From Eledone cirrhosa (taxonomy: Eukaryota), in contig OZ024743.1 of NCBI GenBank assembly GCA_964016885.1, positions 61,380,001 through 61,444,000 on the forward strand: DNA of 64,000 nt, in the 5' to 3' direction. The position numbers and the translations under genes were made by a program. Of this stretch, positions 24,577 through 38,424 are shown piece by piece (the first letter of the stretch is position 1; each line of letters starts with the position of its first letter). The notes under the pieces were generated by a model. It was not told the DNA's origin. It saw nothing but the letters and a program-made list of their open reading frames with translations, and made no database searches.

Positions 24577-27423
24577 CAGTGGTTCCCAAATTTTTTTCGG
24601 AATGAAAATTTGCTCGTGCCTCACCAAATTTTATGTGACAAAAAGTACATATAAAAAAACAATGACTAATAATGCATTAAATATAATATATAACACAAAT
24701 ATCTTATAATATGATTAAAGAACACAAATTTACTGAAAGGTACGAGCTTGATTTTGACGAGTAATCTCCTTTATATTAGACCTAATTTGAGATAAACAAA
24801 CTCTTATTTCCTCATCAACAACAAAGAATTCTTTCCCTTTTTTTGTTTTTTGATATTTGTCAGAACTGACAATCCTTGTTCACAACAATATGTCGTGGAG
24901 AACTGTAGAAGTATAGATAATGATGTTGAAGAGGCATATGGATAGTGTTTCTGGTTGTATATAAAAAAAAGATTCAGTGGTACACTCTTGTATTTCATTT
25001 TTAAGGTGCGATCACTCGAAATATTTGCCAAGTCTTCCTCCCCATCTAAACAGATCTAAACAGCTTGAATTTGCAAAAGGATCTCTAATCCAGTCAAATT
25101 TTTCTGTAGACAACGATGTAATCATAATGTTTTTGTAAAAGTTTTGCAATATGTTCCTGTATAAGGGCATACCATTTCTTATTCATTTTAAAACTTTTTA
25201 CCGATGGGAACATTTCTAGGTTATGTTGCATCGCTTTTCCTAGCCAGAGTTGAAGCTTTCTTTTTAATGCAGTGAGTTTATCTGTAGTCGTGAGGATATT
25301 CTCATCGCGGCTTTGCATACTGGCATTGGGCATGTTTAATCTGGAAAAGATATCGGCCAAATATGCTAGTTTCGCACACCAGTCATTCTCACCCAGCTGG
25401 TGAAACAATGGGTTTCCTTCTTCTTTTAAAATTGCTTTTAATTCGTTCTTCAGTTCCAAAATCCGATTTAAAACTTTTCCCCGGGATAGCCAGCGAACAT
25501 CCGTGTGCAGAAGTAAGCAGTGGTGTTCTGATTCCATGTCTTTGCATAGTTGACAAATAATCTCGCCTTTATTGGTTTTGCTTTGAAGTTTACAATGCAC
25601 ACCGTTTGAACCAAAATCAATTTCAAATCCTTCACAAGGGTCTTGGAGACTAATGCTTCTCTGTGTATAAAACAGTGAGTTGATATTACATCTGGATTTA
25701 TCTTTCTGTTGATTGCCACCAAGCCTCTCATATTCCCTATCATTCTTGGAGCTCCATCCATGAAAATTCCAATACAAGAATTCCATGAAATCTCAAACTT
25801 TTCAAAATACTTAAACAGGGCTTGAAATATATCTTTTCCCCTAGTACGTTCTTCAAGTTCCTTGCAAAATAAAAACTGCGTTATTATTTCGTTATTATAA
25901 ATGAATCTGATATAAGCAAGCAACTGAGTATTTCCAATAATGTTGATAAATTCATCAACTTGAATGGCAAATTTAGAATTCTTAATATTTTCAGAAACAC
26001 AGTTCTCAATATTAGCTGTCATATCAACTATTCTTTTGCGAATTGTATTATCAGACATAGGAATTTTTATAACTTCTTGCTCAGCATCATAACCAAATAA
26101 AGTTTTCAATCAAGCGGATAGCAAGCTTAATTCATTTTTAGGCTATTAAATGAGGTTTTGTTTGTTGAGCAACCAATTTTGCTACTTTGTGCGATACAAT
26201 CTGCATCTTGTCTGAAATTGTTACTAATTTTTCTAATATGATCGCTGGTGTTTCTGTTGATCCAAAAGCCTTTCAAAGTATTGAACATGCTTGCCTGCCA
26301 GATGTTCATGTTTTGTCAACAGATGTCTTTTCATGTTTTCATATTGGAATTGGAAAGCTTTTCGCCACAGTTCAAACACATAAGTTGAGGTGCATTTTTA
26401 TCTCCATTCCATGAGAAACCGAAACTCAAATAGCAATCCATATGCTGTCGGCAAACTTTCTATTTTGGAATCTTGCTTGGGCCTGCTTCTTTTGTAGAAT
26501 TTGGCGAGTCTTCTTCAATACCGTTTTTCTGATGATTCTGGATTGCCAAATGGAATATGATTGTCTTCGTTATTACTTGATGCTTTCGATCTTTTTTAAA
26601 AATAATATCTGTTCTGAAAGGAATAAAATATGTTATTATTAGGGCCCACAAATTAGAGGGGAATCGTAAAATATTTTCGGCCAAAAATTGAAACTACATA
26701 ACTATTTAATCAGAGATATTTTATGACTGATCAAAATTTTTTTGTTAGTTAAGTTTTTTTAAAAGATTTATTAAAATTTACTTTGAAAAGAAAAACGAAA
26801 AGAACAAAACATCACAAAAAGGAAGAGAAAATACGAACAGAAAACAAACAAGGAGCTGAAAATAAACTAACAAAAAACAGACGTACAAACGATGCTATTG
26901 CCGGGCTAGATAGAAATGTGGATTTGAACGAAGCACGTCTGACCCTGTGTTTAGCCGTTTTGTTCAAGGGCCGTAATGCCGAAAATGAAACACCGGCTCG
27001 GAGGAAGGGAATTCCCGGTGAAATGGCGAGCAGCCCTACGGCAAAGAAGGTCCAGAGAGAGGGCTAAAAGCAGATAACCACGGATTCGAAGTCAGAACAT
27101 TATCATTGATAATTCTCTCCTCCAATTTGCGGACCCTAGTTACTATGTTCTTAATACTTGATATAATGCAAAAATATCATAATGATAAAATATCACAATG
27201 ATAAAATATTACAATGATAAAATCGGTCAATAATTATGTTTGACGATTTATACTGGGACTCATGCATGCAATTTCAAGTAATCCATAATAATATTTTAAA
27301 TTTTCAAATCATATTTATTTTTAGCATATGAATTTTTTGAAACTGTTTCTAAATCTTTGATTGTCTTTCAATCATTCAGCCTCACTTGCTATCCTAGTCC
27401 GCCGCACCATTTGGGAACCACTG
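24577..27423 (-). mobile_element. Full-length hAT DNA transposon (Buster/Charlie type)
   Basis: 15-bp TIR CAGTGGTTCCCAAAT at both ends; 8-bp TSD GACTATAA (24569-76) / GACTATAT (27424-31) with central TA; 16-bp subterminal tandem repeat at ~27171-27222. Confidence 0.93.
24740..26580 (-). pseudogene. Frameshifted hAT transposase
   Basis: Fragments IPMSDNTIRKRI, FAIQVDE, DGAPRMIG, THCFIHREAL, HTDVRWLSRGKVL, LAYLADIF and FSTTYCCEQGLS across several frames. Confidence 0.92.
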
Positions 27424-27730
27424 GACTATATTATAGTTTGAGACGTTAGAATGATAGTTGAGGGAGGTGTAGCAACTCTTTCCAGCAGATTTATCAACAT
27501 GTGAAAGACTTCCTCGTTAACTCGTCATAATTTCTATTGTTTCTAAGTGACAAGACAAATAAATATTTGATACTAGGTCAATGATTTATCTCTTTTACAT
27601 AAAATAAATGAAAATTACTTCAAGATGGTGACATCTATAGATTTCGAGTTTATTTTTGCGTTCTTTTCATAATGGCGGTGTATAAATGAAAGTTAGGAAT
27701 CCAACAGTCACTACTTGCATATAATGACAG

Positions 27731-27763
<33 letters not shown>

Positions 27764-27764
27764 G

Positions 27765-27836
<72 letters not shown>

Positions 27837-28140
27837 CCCCTCTCTCTCTATCTATTTCACTATTTGTTGAATGAGTCAGTTTGTATGTATAAGTTTGTCG
27901 TTGTCTAAAATGTATGTAGGTTCACACACATAGACACATACACACACACACACATATATATCCAGACACATATGCATACACATATACACACACACATAAA
28001 CATATCTACTGATGTCAAAACGTTTCTTTGTCTTTCTGTCTATATCTATGTCTGGATGTCGATTGGTTTGTTGTTGTGTATGTGTGTATGTTTTAGTCTG
28101 TATTTTTTTCCCTGTCCGCAAGATATGGCTCTGTTCCTGT

Positions 28141-28205
<65 letters not shown>

Positions 28206-28242
28206 ATATATACATACGCACACCCAGATATATATGTACCCC

Positions 28243-28296
<54 letters not shown>

Positions 28297-28625
28297 CACA
28301 CACACATATATATGTGTATATATATATATATGTGTGTATATATATATATATATATACATACATACGCACACACAGATATATATGTACATATATATATAGG
28401 TGGGGTGGTATGAGTGAATATAGTGTAAGGTGGGTAGGTAGATGGCTCTCTTTGAAGTAAACATTTGTTCCTCTTTAAATTGTCGGCCATGTTTAGCTTT
28501 TTGACACATCGGGATACTAATAGAGTGTTTATCTGTGAATGTATACACACATATGTAGGCTTAAATTCACATATACCCACACATATACACATACATATAA
28601 ACACATACACTTATTCAGACATACG

Positions 28626-28717
<92 letters not shown>

Positions 28718-29489
28718 TACACATACACACATATAAACATATACATATATTCAGACATACGATTATATATATATACATACACATACTCATATTCAAACAT
28801 ACGCTTATATATATATATATACACACTCATACACATACACGAACACATATATATATACATGCACATGCAAATACACACGTACATACACACACACATACAC
28901 ACACACATACACACACACAAACACACACACATATATAGAGAGAAGACAGAGATGTCGATGTGTGAGTTTGCGTATCATGATAATACACGTATCTCTGTGG
29001 GAAAATTTGGCATGTGTATGATTGTTTTTTATGTATGTGTTTACGCATGTGTATATGTATGTGTTTATAATAGTATATATATATATATATATCTATATTT
29101 ATATACACATTTATATATGTGTCTGTTTATGTAAGTGTATTTGTGTCTGTTTATGTATGTGTATATATCTATTCATGTCTATATAGAGGTATAATATATC
29201 ACCTTTGCTTTTATTTAGGTGTATGTTTTCTCAATATTTATTTATTTTCTCAACATATACATAGGCGCGGTTATGGCTAAGTGGTGAGAAGTTTGCTTCG
29301 CAAACAATTGGTACAGGGTTCAGTCCCGCTCCGTGGCTCCTCTTTGGACTAATGCATTGTGGTTGTGTGTGTGTTTATGCAAATTAACAGTTAGACAAAA
29401 CGAAATCGATAAATTAAATACCAAGGTTTAAAAAAACACTCAGTACTAGCTTAGATGCGATCGACTAAAACTAATAAAAATAAACACTA

Positions 29490-29524
<35 letters not shown>

Positions 29525-29547
29525 TATAGTATATTTATATATATATA

Positions 29548-30273
29548 TATGTCCATAGAATCATTTGATAATATATATACATCATTTCCTCTCCCAATTA
29601 GCATAGTCAACCACACAAAACATCAATTAAACCAGGCTATAAGATTAAAAGGCACCTATGAAGAAATAGTAGATAAATAAACGACACCAATTTATTCGCG
29701 ATCAACCGCTATAAAATATTTAACCAACATTTTAATAGCACGTGGAAATCGATTAAATATACCGTCAACCATACACAATTAGGTGTAAAATTAAAGTTAG
29801 AAGAAAAAATGCATATACACATACCAGGATTACGTTTCTACCCTTAGGGCTTCGTACGCTTTCGGAAATATCCTATCAAGGATAAAATCTCGAGCTTCGA
29901 ACTCATCAGGAAACAAACTCATTAGGACAAAGAATTTTCTTAAGTGATCCTCGCCAGAAACAAATTCAAAATGGCTAAGAACTGTGATGTGGCAGTGGTC
30001 AAGTCAGAAAGAATGTGATTGGTGGCTTACGGCGAGTCGGCTGGTTGCTAGAAAGCGCAGCCCAATATTGCCCAAATTGCATCTCAACCTTATGGGAGAT
30101 TATCAAATATAAAGATTTACATATACACTAACTAGACAAAGTCACAGATATATATGTTTTGGCAGCCATTCACGATGTGGCTCAATGATGAATTAATAAA
30201 TTAAATAATCAGTCAGAGCAATATACTATAAAGTATGTCCATAGAATCATTTGATAATATATATACACCATTT

Positions 30274-30274
<1 letters not shown>
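29548..30274 (-). mobile_element. Non-coding element with 41-bp direct terminal repeats and a degenerate HHR-like motif
   Basis: 29548-29588 repeats at 30234-30274 (one mismatch) with (TA)n on both flanks. Minus strand 29914-29849 reads GTTTC-CTGATGA...TATCCT tgat AGGATA..GAAAGCGTAC-GAAGC. Confidence 0.5.
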
Positions 30275-30325
<51 letters not shown>

Positions 30326-30781
30326 ATTGGGAATATATATATATAAAATAATAAGATACACATACATACAGATACCTAAGTATAGACACACACACACACA
30401 TATATATATGTCTATATAGTTATGGTGTCCTTCCTTTACCAGCTTTGCTTAATGACTGAGAGAAGTAAATAATTAATCAGAGCTATATAACAATTATAAG
30501 AGAAAACGGACAAAATATACCTGTTTCCTTCAAATTCCCGACAGTACAAGTTCATCGAGTGGTATGCAACTAGAGTGCAACTAAAGTGCACAAGGAGCGT
30601 AAGGTCCACCAGACTAAGGGACAGATAAGATAATATAAGAAGATAGCGGTCACAGAAGGGTGGTAAAGGCTGGACAGGTGAGTAATGTATTTGCTTGAAG
30701 CTGCCAGTGCTCGCCTTATTAGTTTGGTCAGAGCAAGAAGTGTTAATATCTAGTTTCCTCAGCTTACCAAGCTGTAAGTTG

Positions 30782-30840
30782 AAATTATTTATTTGAGAGA
30801 CGGGCTATAATTAATAGCCCGTCTCTCAAATAAATAATTT
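30782..30840. repeat. Perfect 27-bp-arm palindrome
   Basis: AAATTATTTATTTGAGAGACGGGCTAT-aatta-ATAGCCCGTCTCTCAAATAAATAATTT. Confidence 0.95.
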
Positions 30841-30969
30841 TTGTGGCACACACTGGAGAGATATCTCAGGACACTAAATACCCAGGTTCTGGCTCTGACC
30901 TCACCCTATACTGGTTTAAATACATGTGTAAATGGGGTGGATATTTCCTCTATCTTTCTTTCTCACTAA

Positions 30970-31064
<95 letters not shown>

Positions 31065-31099
31065 TGTATATATATATATATATATATATATATGGAAGG

Positions 31100-31760
31100 T
31101 TGGAGAAAAATTTGAGATGGCTGAGGAGGGTAGGTGGGTAATCCAGCGTGAATGAGTGGGGGCTGAGGGGGAGAGTCCAGGTGTGTCGTCCATACTGTTA
31201 CGTGTATGTAGATGGAGTGCATTTGCACTTCTCGTTCTCTTCACCCCCTTCTATTAATTTCTCTGCAAAAAATCCATTGTATTCAGATCTAGAGGAAGAT
31301 CGGCTCCGTCAGGTTTTTATACAGCGGATACCCCGAATATTAAACCAGCGCCTCCATCAAGTGTTTATGGCCAAAAGTAACTTTTTTTAAAAATCTTCCT
31401 AATTTTCTGAATCTATCTGTAAATCCAACATCACTCTGTATTCGATTTAAATCGGGTATGCTTGCAAAATTGTACCTCTTTCCCCAATGTTACTAATTGA
31501 TGATAGCGCCAGTCTATTTGATACACGAAATTCAATGCTTGATTCCATGTTCTTCCTATAAAGATAAAGACATGTCTATAATTACCATCGTTCATGACAT
31601 TTTCAAGTTCTCTAGAACTTGTATCCGAAAAATCATATTGTTCCACTGCTCACAGCAACCAACTTTCCTGACATCTACAAACATTCTTAGATTTTAATAC
31701 CATTGTTGCCGTCGTAGACCTACAACAGCGTCTTCAAATTTCGGATTCTACTCTAGATTA
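31100..31760 (-). mobile_element. Possible decayed LINE fragment with an RNase H-like region
   Basis: FSDTSS..L and LVTLGKEVQFC resemble LINE RNase H segments; heavily disrupted. Confidence 0.35.
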
Positions 31761-32359
31761 GATGGCAGTTGGTATAATTTAGAAACTGATATATAAATCT
31801 CTATTTTGACAGTGTGTTTATTGAAGTTATTTTGTCATCGCCATCACCTTAGCACAGTGTTTCTCACAGTGGGGCATAGGAATATTTTGATGGTGCGTGG
31901 GACCTCTGAATGGGGAATATATATTATATTACATATTATTCCCTACACCCACTTTGTCCGATTATGGTGGGGAACAGGTTTTTCTTTTTAATCGGAGCAA
32001 GGTGTGGGTTAAAAAAGATTGAAAAATACAAAATAAATAAATACTAATCTAAATACATCTCAGAAGTGTACTTGTTTTGAGACCGAGGGTTGAAACTGAA
32101 ACAATGAGATGATGTCAGTGACCAGATTGCAGAAATGTAACGAAATATCCCAGCGTGCAATGTCAGCTCAGAATGTCGGTGAGCTTTTCCAGCTAACCTC
32201 AGTCTTCTTTATGTCACTTTCAAGCTGACATTTGGAAGGCTCCCATACAGCTCTAAATTATTCTTCCTCAGTGCGTACTGGTTAGTGTTCAGAGCCATCC
32301 TCAATATCCCCTTGTAGCGCCCATCCCCCATTTGAGTGAGTTTCTTGGTGAGTGTCCAA

Positions 32360-33571
32360 GTCTTATATCCGTACAGTCATGCTGAAAATAGATGAGAGGA
32401 AGAGGAAGCTTATACTGAGGCCAGAGAGGAGATGCTGATAGAGAACATTAGAGATGCAGGGAGAGCAGTGGACAGGCGTGGGTGTAAAGAAAGCTGGATG
32501 GTCATCAACCAGATCACACAGAGGAAGAGAGGGAGTTCGAATCTGATCCAGGGTACAGGGCCCGAGGATTGGAAGAGGAAGTGGGCTGGACAATTTTAAG
32601 ACCCTACTAGGTGAGCCACCTTCCACCGTACAGATCACCGAGGAGATCAGGCAGCTGTTCGAGGAAATGCCTATTGAGACAGGATCCTTCGCTAGAGAGG
32701 AGCTTCAGAGAGTCAAGGAGAAGATCAAGGAAGATAAAGCCTATGGAGAAGATGGAGTGACATCAGAGGTGGTGAAGAGGTGGGATTTTGATGATATCAT
32801 CCTGGACTTCTGTATCCAGGCAATGGAGAAAGGAGTTGCCCGGGGTCAGTGGAGGATCAGTAACATTGTCCCAGTACTAACAACTACAGATGCATCTCAC
32901 TGACGTCACTTGTGGTAAAGACCCTCAAAAGGATGAGTCAACCGGATCCAGCTGAAGATGGAGAAGTTCAGGGACAACCAGTTTGACTTCAGAGAGGAAA
33001 GATTAATCAACTACCGATCAGGAGGATTCTAGATGGAGCAAGAGCAAAGAGCCTTCCTGCTGTCATCGTTTTCATTGACTTCAAGAAGACCTTTGATTAT
33101 GCGTACTGTGACTGTCTGATGAAGATCTTACAGACTAATGGAATCCTCAAGAATATATTGGACCTGGTATCTCTGCTCAACATCAACAACAGAGCACACC
33201 TGGCGGGATAACGGAGTTCTTGGAGGTAGTGGCTGGAGTGCTCCTGGTGGCTCCCTAATTTTTCATTATCGCAGCGGACTGCTGTATGCGCCTGCACTGG
33301 AGAAACACAAGAATCGGGCTTCCCTGAAATACCGACTCAGAGCAGGAGAGTTAAGGCTAAAACGATATCAGGGGCTGAATTTGCTGACAACATAGCTCTA
33401 GTGACAACACAATGAAGGAGGCAGACGAGTTGGTGCAAGGGGTGGCGACTATCGATGAGTATGGGACTGAGAATGAATGAGAGTAAGACGAAGTATCTGG
33501 TGGAGAACATCAAGGAGCCAGAAAAGATTATGAATGTGGGCGGGAAGCCACTAGAGTTGGTTGAAGACTTC

Positions 33572-33575
<4 letters not shown>
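32360..33575 (+). pseudogene. Decayed RTE-like LINE reverse transcriptase
   Basis: KAYGEDGV, WRISNIVPV, YRCISLTSLVVK, FIDFKKTFD, FADNIAL, GLRMNESKTKY and VEDFLY, with stops and frameshifts. Confidence 0.85.
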
Positions 33576-33660
<85 letters not shown>

Positions 33661-33664
<4 letters not shown>

Positions 33665-33969
33665 CTCGGGTCTCGAATAATCGCATGCCCCCCTGCTTAT
33701 TATCTTTTATCCAACACCATGCCCCGTTCATAAAATTTTGCTAATCCATCCCTGGCGAAATTTTATTTAATTAATTTCCTTTAGACATTAAAAACCATTT
33801 TACATGACAAAAAATTACATTACTAGAAATCCCATACGTTAAAGAATAGATAGAATGGGTTGGAGTCTAAACAACTAATTCTAGTTTAAAAAACAACGAC
33901 AACGGAGATAAATGACTGCTGATCCCCCCCCCCCCGTTTATCCTCCTATTATTTGGGACCCGAGAGTAT
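33661..33969. mobile_element. MITE-like element with imperfect ~20-bp TIRs
   Basis: TTCTCGGGTCTCGAATAAT at the left end vs ATTATTTGGGACCCGAGAG-TA at the right end. Confidence 0.5.
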
Positions 33970-34783
33970 GAGTGTGTGTGTTTGTGTGTGCGCGTGTGTG
34001 CGTGTGTGTGTGTGTGTGTCTGTGCGTGTGTGTGCGTGTGTGTGTGCCTAGTTTGAGATGTATCTATAAATGAAACAGAGAGCATATCTCGCTCAATATA
34101 AATAGAATATTTCCCGATTTTAACGAGGAAATGTACAGCTACTTCATGCATATTAATTAAGAAATGATGATTAAGTGAAAATGAAAATATTTTCAATACA
34201 TTTGAGCAGATAATGTTTCGTAAACATTTTTTTTTTTTACTGTGTAGTCAGGGAGGGAAAGGCAGTGCCCATGATTCTTTTGAACCCCTATGAGAGTGAT
34301 GAGAGGTGGGATTTAAACCAAATATGGCCCAAATGTACCTAAACGTCAGGTGGTGATGCTAAACCGAACGATGGATCAAGTCTACAACCCATGTAAATAC
34401 AGCGTTTAACAACACAATGCCTACGTGTTTCTTACGCGAATTGACATTTGGAAGTAATGGAATAAAGATGATGTGTCTAATGAACCTTACAATATGTAAC
34501 TGACAAATTGTATGTAAATAAACGAGTAGACGAATAAAACTTTAATAGAATGACTTAGCAGATGTCCAAGGGATGGCCCCAGTAATGAATAAATAAATAA
34601 ATAAATATAGGCATAGGCATGTTTATCTGGTTAAGGAAGCTACTTTGTAATATCATGGTTCTGGGTTCACTCTCATTCACCTTGGTTTTCTTCTATAATG
34701 TCTTCTGAGAGGAAGCCCATAATGTATATATATATATATATATATATAGTTAAAAGAATAGAGGTGTAACACACAAGTTATTA

Positions 34784-35250
34784 TATATTGGTAAACGGAA
34801 TAGAAAATGCTGACAAATTGTTCACAGTTGAAAAATGGTTTAATTAGGAATAAAACAGTATTAGTGATTGTATGGGTTAGTATTCAGTTGTGGTTTTAAG
34901 TTTTTAAGTTTTTACCAGTTGCGCATTTCTAAATGCTTTTCAAAAATAATTTTGAGATAGAGTGTCCGTGTTGTTTGCTCTGATCTGATTAGTTTTAAGA
35001 ATTCTACCTGTTTTTATGTTAAAAAAGTGGCTCCAATTTGCAAAAATTCTTGTGGTCAAAACAATTTTGATTGGTCGGTAGAGGTCATGTGAATGTAAAA
35101 AATTGATTTTGCGCCAAGACTGTTTTTATGTTAAAAAAGTGGCTCCAGCAAACATTCTTGTGGTCAAAACAATTTTGATTGGTCGGTAGAGGTCATGTGA
35201 ATAAAAAATTGGTTTTGCGCCAAGATTGAGAAATGACTCTTTCACAACAA

Positions 35251-35326
<76 letters not shown>

Positions 35327-35392
35327 TAGTAGTAGTAAGGTGTTCGATGTGATAATGGTTAGCAGCGATGTGTGTCAAATGGCTATTAAGAT

Positions 35393-35431
<39 letters not shown>

Positions 35432-35473
35432 AGTCTCTTTGTATGTTGATGTACGCGTGTGTATGTGTGTGTG

Positions 35474-35522
<49 letters not shown>

Positions 35523-35671
35523 ACCAGTATTTTTTTTCCCCCTGGTAAAATGGTGTACATTATTCGATTTTTTCAGTAAAATCGGTTCTCTTAATAGAAC
35601 ATCAAAAATCTTAACAATAAAAGGTGTGAAATGATATTCACTATATATATATACACATACATACATTCACT

Positions 35672-35702
<31 letters not shown>

Positions 35703-37328
35703 CATATATACATATATATACATATATATATATGCACATATATTTTCTTGTGTTGCACCATAGAGCATGTGTGTTTACGTATGTCATTGTGTTTATATGT
35801 GGGTAGAGATGTGTGCTGATGTAGGTATGTATGTTGACGTGTGTATGTTGTGGGTTCGTCTTAGGGAGAAGTGTTTAGACGGGGTCCGTATTTGTTAATG
35901 AAGTAAGATTCCTTGCTGATGCGCTGGGTGTGGGTGGCATTATCTTTAAATTTGTAGAGGGGAAAGATTCTGAAGTTGGGATGATTTTGGGCGGCACAGG
36001 TATCAATGTGTTCACTCAGTGGTATTTTTCTGTATTCCCGTATTTTGATTTGGGATCTATGGACAGTCATGCGTTGGCGGAGGCTGTTTTTAGTCTGGCC
36101 TATGTATTGTTCTCGACAACGTGAACAAGTTAATACATATATTAGATTTTCCGATGCACATGTGAAATTGTGTTTTACTATAAAACGTTGTCCATCTTTG
36201 AAATAGAATTCCGAACCCTCTATTAGGTTGATGCAAATGCCACAGTTGGGTCTATCGCATTTTTTTTACTGTGGGTTTCGTTGTTGTGGTTGGCAGTACT
36301 TTGGCATGTGTTAAGATGTTTTTCATTGACTTGGATTGTCTTTTGCTCTTTATGATGTCGTGTGTTCGTAGAATTTGGTTCATTCTATAGTCCTTTTTCA
36401 ATACAGGGATGTTCAGGAGGATGGTGTCAAAGGCCTCACTGTTGAGGGGGTTGTGTGTGGAGATGTATGGAAGAGCTTTTAGTTTTGGTTGATTTACTTT
36501 AGGGTGTCTAAGGTCCTGGGTACTGAGTTTTAGGGCACGTTGGATTCCATTGTCAATTAGTGATGCAGGGTAGTCCCTGCCTATGAGTGTGTCCTTTAGT
36601 TCTTGTAGCCGTAAGTAGCAGATGTTTTTATTGGAGACTATAGTACAGATTCTCTTGGCTAAGTTGTAGGGAATATTAATTTTAACGTGTCTAGGGTGGC
36701 AAGAGTTGAAGGGGAGATATTGCTTGGAGTCTGTGGGGTTGTAGTATATGTCTGTTTCTATTTTTTTGTTATGGATCTTAATGAGGATGTCGAGGAAGGG
36801 GAGTTGTTGATGGCTGTATTCCATCGTGAAGTTAATATTTGTGTTGAGCCCATTTATAAGGGTGTGAAATTCTTTAAGTTTTTCGATGTTTTCGTGCCAA
36901 AGGATGAAGCAGTCATCTAGATATCGCTTCCAGTTCCTTTCAATGTGTAAGTGGAGGGTGTTTCCAAATTTGTTTAGGACTTTAGTGTAGAGGGTGATTT
37001 CCAGGTATCCCATGACTAGGTTGGCATAAGTGGGGGCTGTTTTCGTTCCCATAGCGGTCCCAGATTTCTGCCTGTAGGGTTTGTTATTGAAAACGAAGTA
37101 ATTGTTCTCCAAGATAAATTTGAGTCCCTCTATCACGAATTCTTTTTTGATGCGTTGTGGGAGTTCATTGTGGAAATTATCCAGCCAGAATTGGATAGCT
37201 TCTATTCCTAGGTTGTGGGGGATGTTGGAGTATAGGTTGACTACATCGAACGTCACTAGTAGGGTTTGTTCAGAAAGTGGCATATTAGGAAGAAAATATA
37301 TGTGCACATATATATATGTATATATATG

Positions 37329-37361
<33 letters not shown>

Positions 37362-37511
37362 ATAGTGAATGTATGTATGTGTATATATATATAGTGAATA
37401 TCATTTCACACCTTTTATTGTTAAGATTTTTGATGTTCTATTAAGAGAACCGATTTTACTGAAAAAATAGAATAATGTACACCATTTTACCAGGGGGAAA
37501 AAAATACTGGT

Positions 37512-37556
<45 letters not shown>

Positions 37557-37750
37557 TACACACGCGTACATCAACATACAAAGAGACTTATATATACACA
37601 CACACACACACACGCACTTCTCCGTATAAGACAAAAGCTGAAAAATATCTTTTGACATGCTAAAATACCCCCCATTGCTTTCAGACACATTCTTACTGAC
37701 CATCCCTGCCACCACGAATTACTCTGCTACACACACACACACACACACAC

Positions 37751-37829
<79 letters not shown>

Positions 37830-37901
37830 ATCTTAATAGCCATTTGACACACATCGCTGCTAACCATTATCACAACATCGAACACCTTACTACTACTACT
37901 A

Positions 37902-37948
<47 letters not shown>

Positions 37949-38424
37949 CACACACATATTTGTTGTGAAAGAGTCATTTCTCAATCTTGGCGCAAAATCA
38001 ATTTTTTATTCACATGACCTCTACCGACCAATCAAAATTGTTTTGACCACAAGAATTTTTGCTGGAGCCACTTTTTTAACATAAAAACAGTCTTGGCGCA
38101 AAATCAATTTTTTACATTCACATGACCTCTACCGACCAATCAAAATTGTTCTGACCACAAGAATTTTTGCAAATTGGAGCCACTTTTTTAACATAAAAAC
38201 AGGTAGAATTCCCAAAACTAATCAGATCAGAGCAAACAGCACGGACACTCTATCTCAAAATTATTTTTGAAAAGCATTTAGAAATGCGCAACCAGTAAAA
38301 ACTTAAACTTAAAACCACAACTGAATACTAACCCATACAATCACTAATACTCTTTTATTCCTAATTAAACCATTTTTCAACTGTGAACAATGTGTCACCA
38401 TTTTCTATTCCGTTTACCAATATA
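34784..38424 (-). mobile_element. Penelope-like element 2: 5'-truncated, with a ~1-kb inverted copy of its 3' region
   Basis: 34784-35749 is the reverse complement of 37290-38424 (the right arm has an extra ~110 bp at ~37615-37730). RT and endonuclease lie between the arms. Confidence 0.9.
35861..37289 (-). pseudogene. PLE (Neptune-like) RT + GIY-YIG, 5'-truncated, one frameshift in an A-run near 36262
   Basis: FDVVNLYSNIP, QKSGTAMG, RYLDDCF, LPFLDI, SCHPRH; linker CDRPNCGIC; IYVLTCSRCREQYIGQT..RMTVH..EH..KESYFI..LN. Confidence 0.95.

Noticed and set aside
26525-33125. Isolated CTGANGA heptamers (e.g. ~26529, 31121, 32952, 33116)
   Set aside because: They lie within TE coding remnants with no GAAA or stem I partner.
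33575-33680. Apparent FLY..LGSRI continuation of the RTE RT across the TA tract
   Set aside because: The LGSRI codons coincide with the left TIR of the MITE-like element, so the match is ambiguous.
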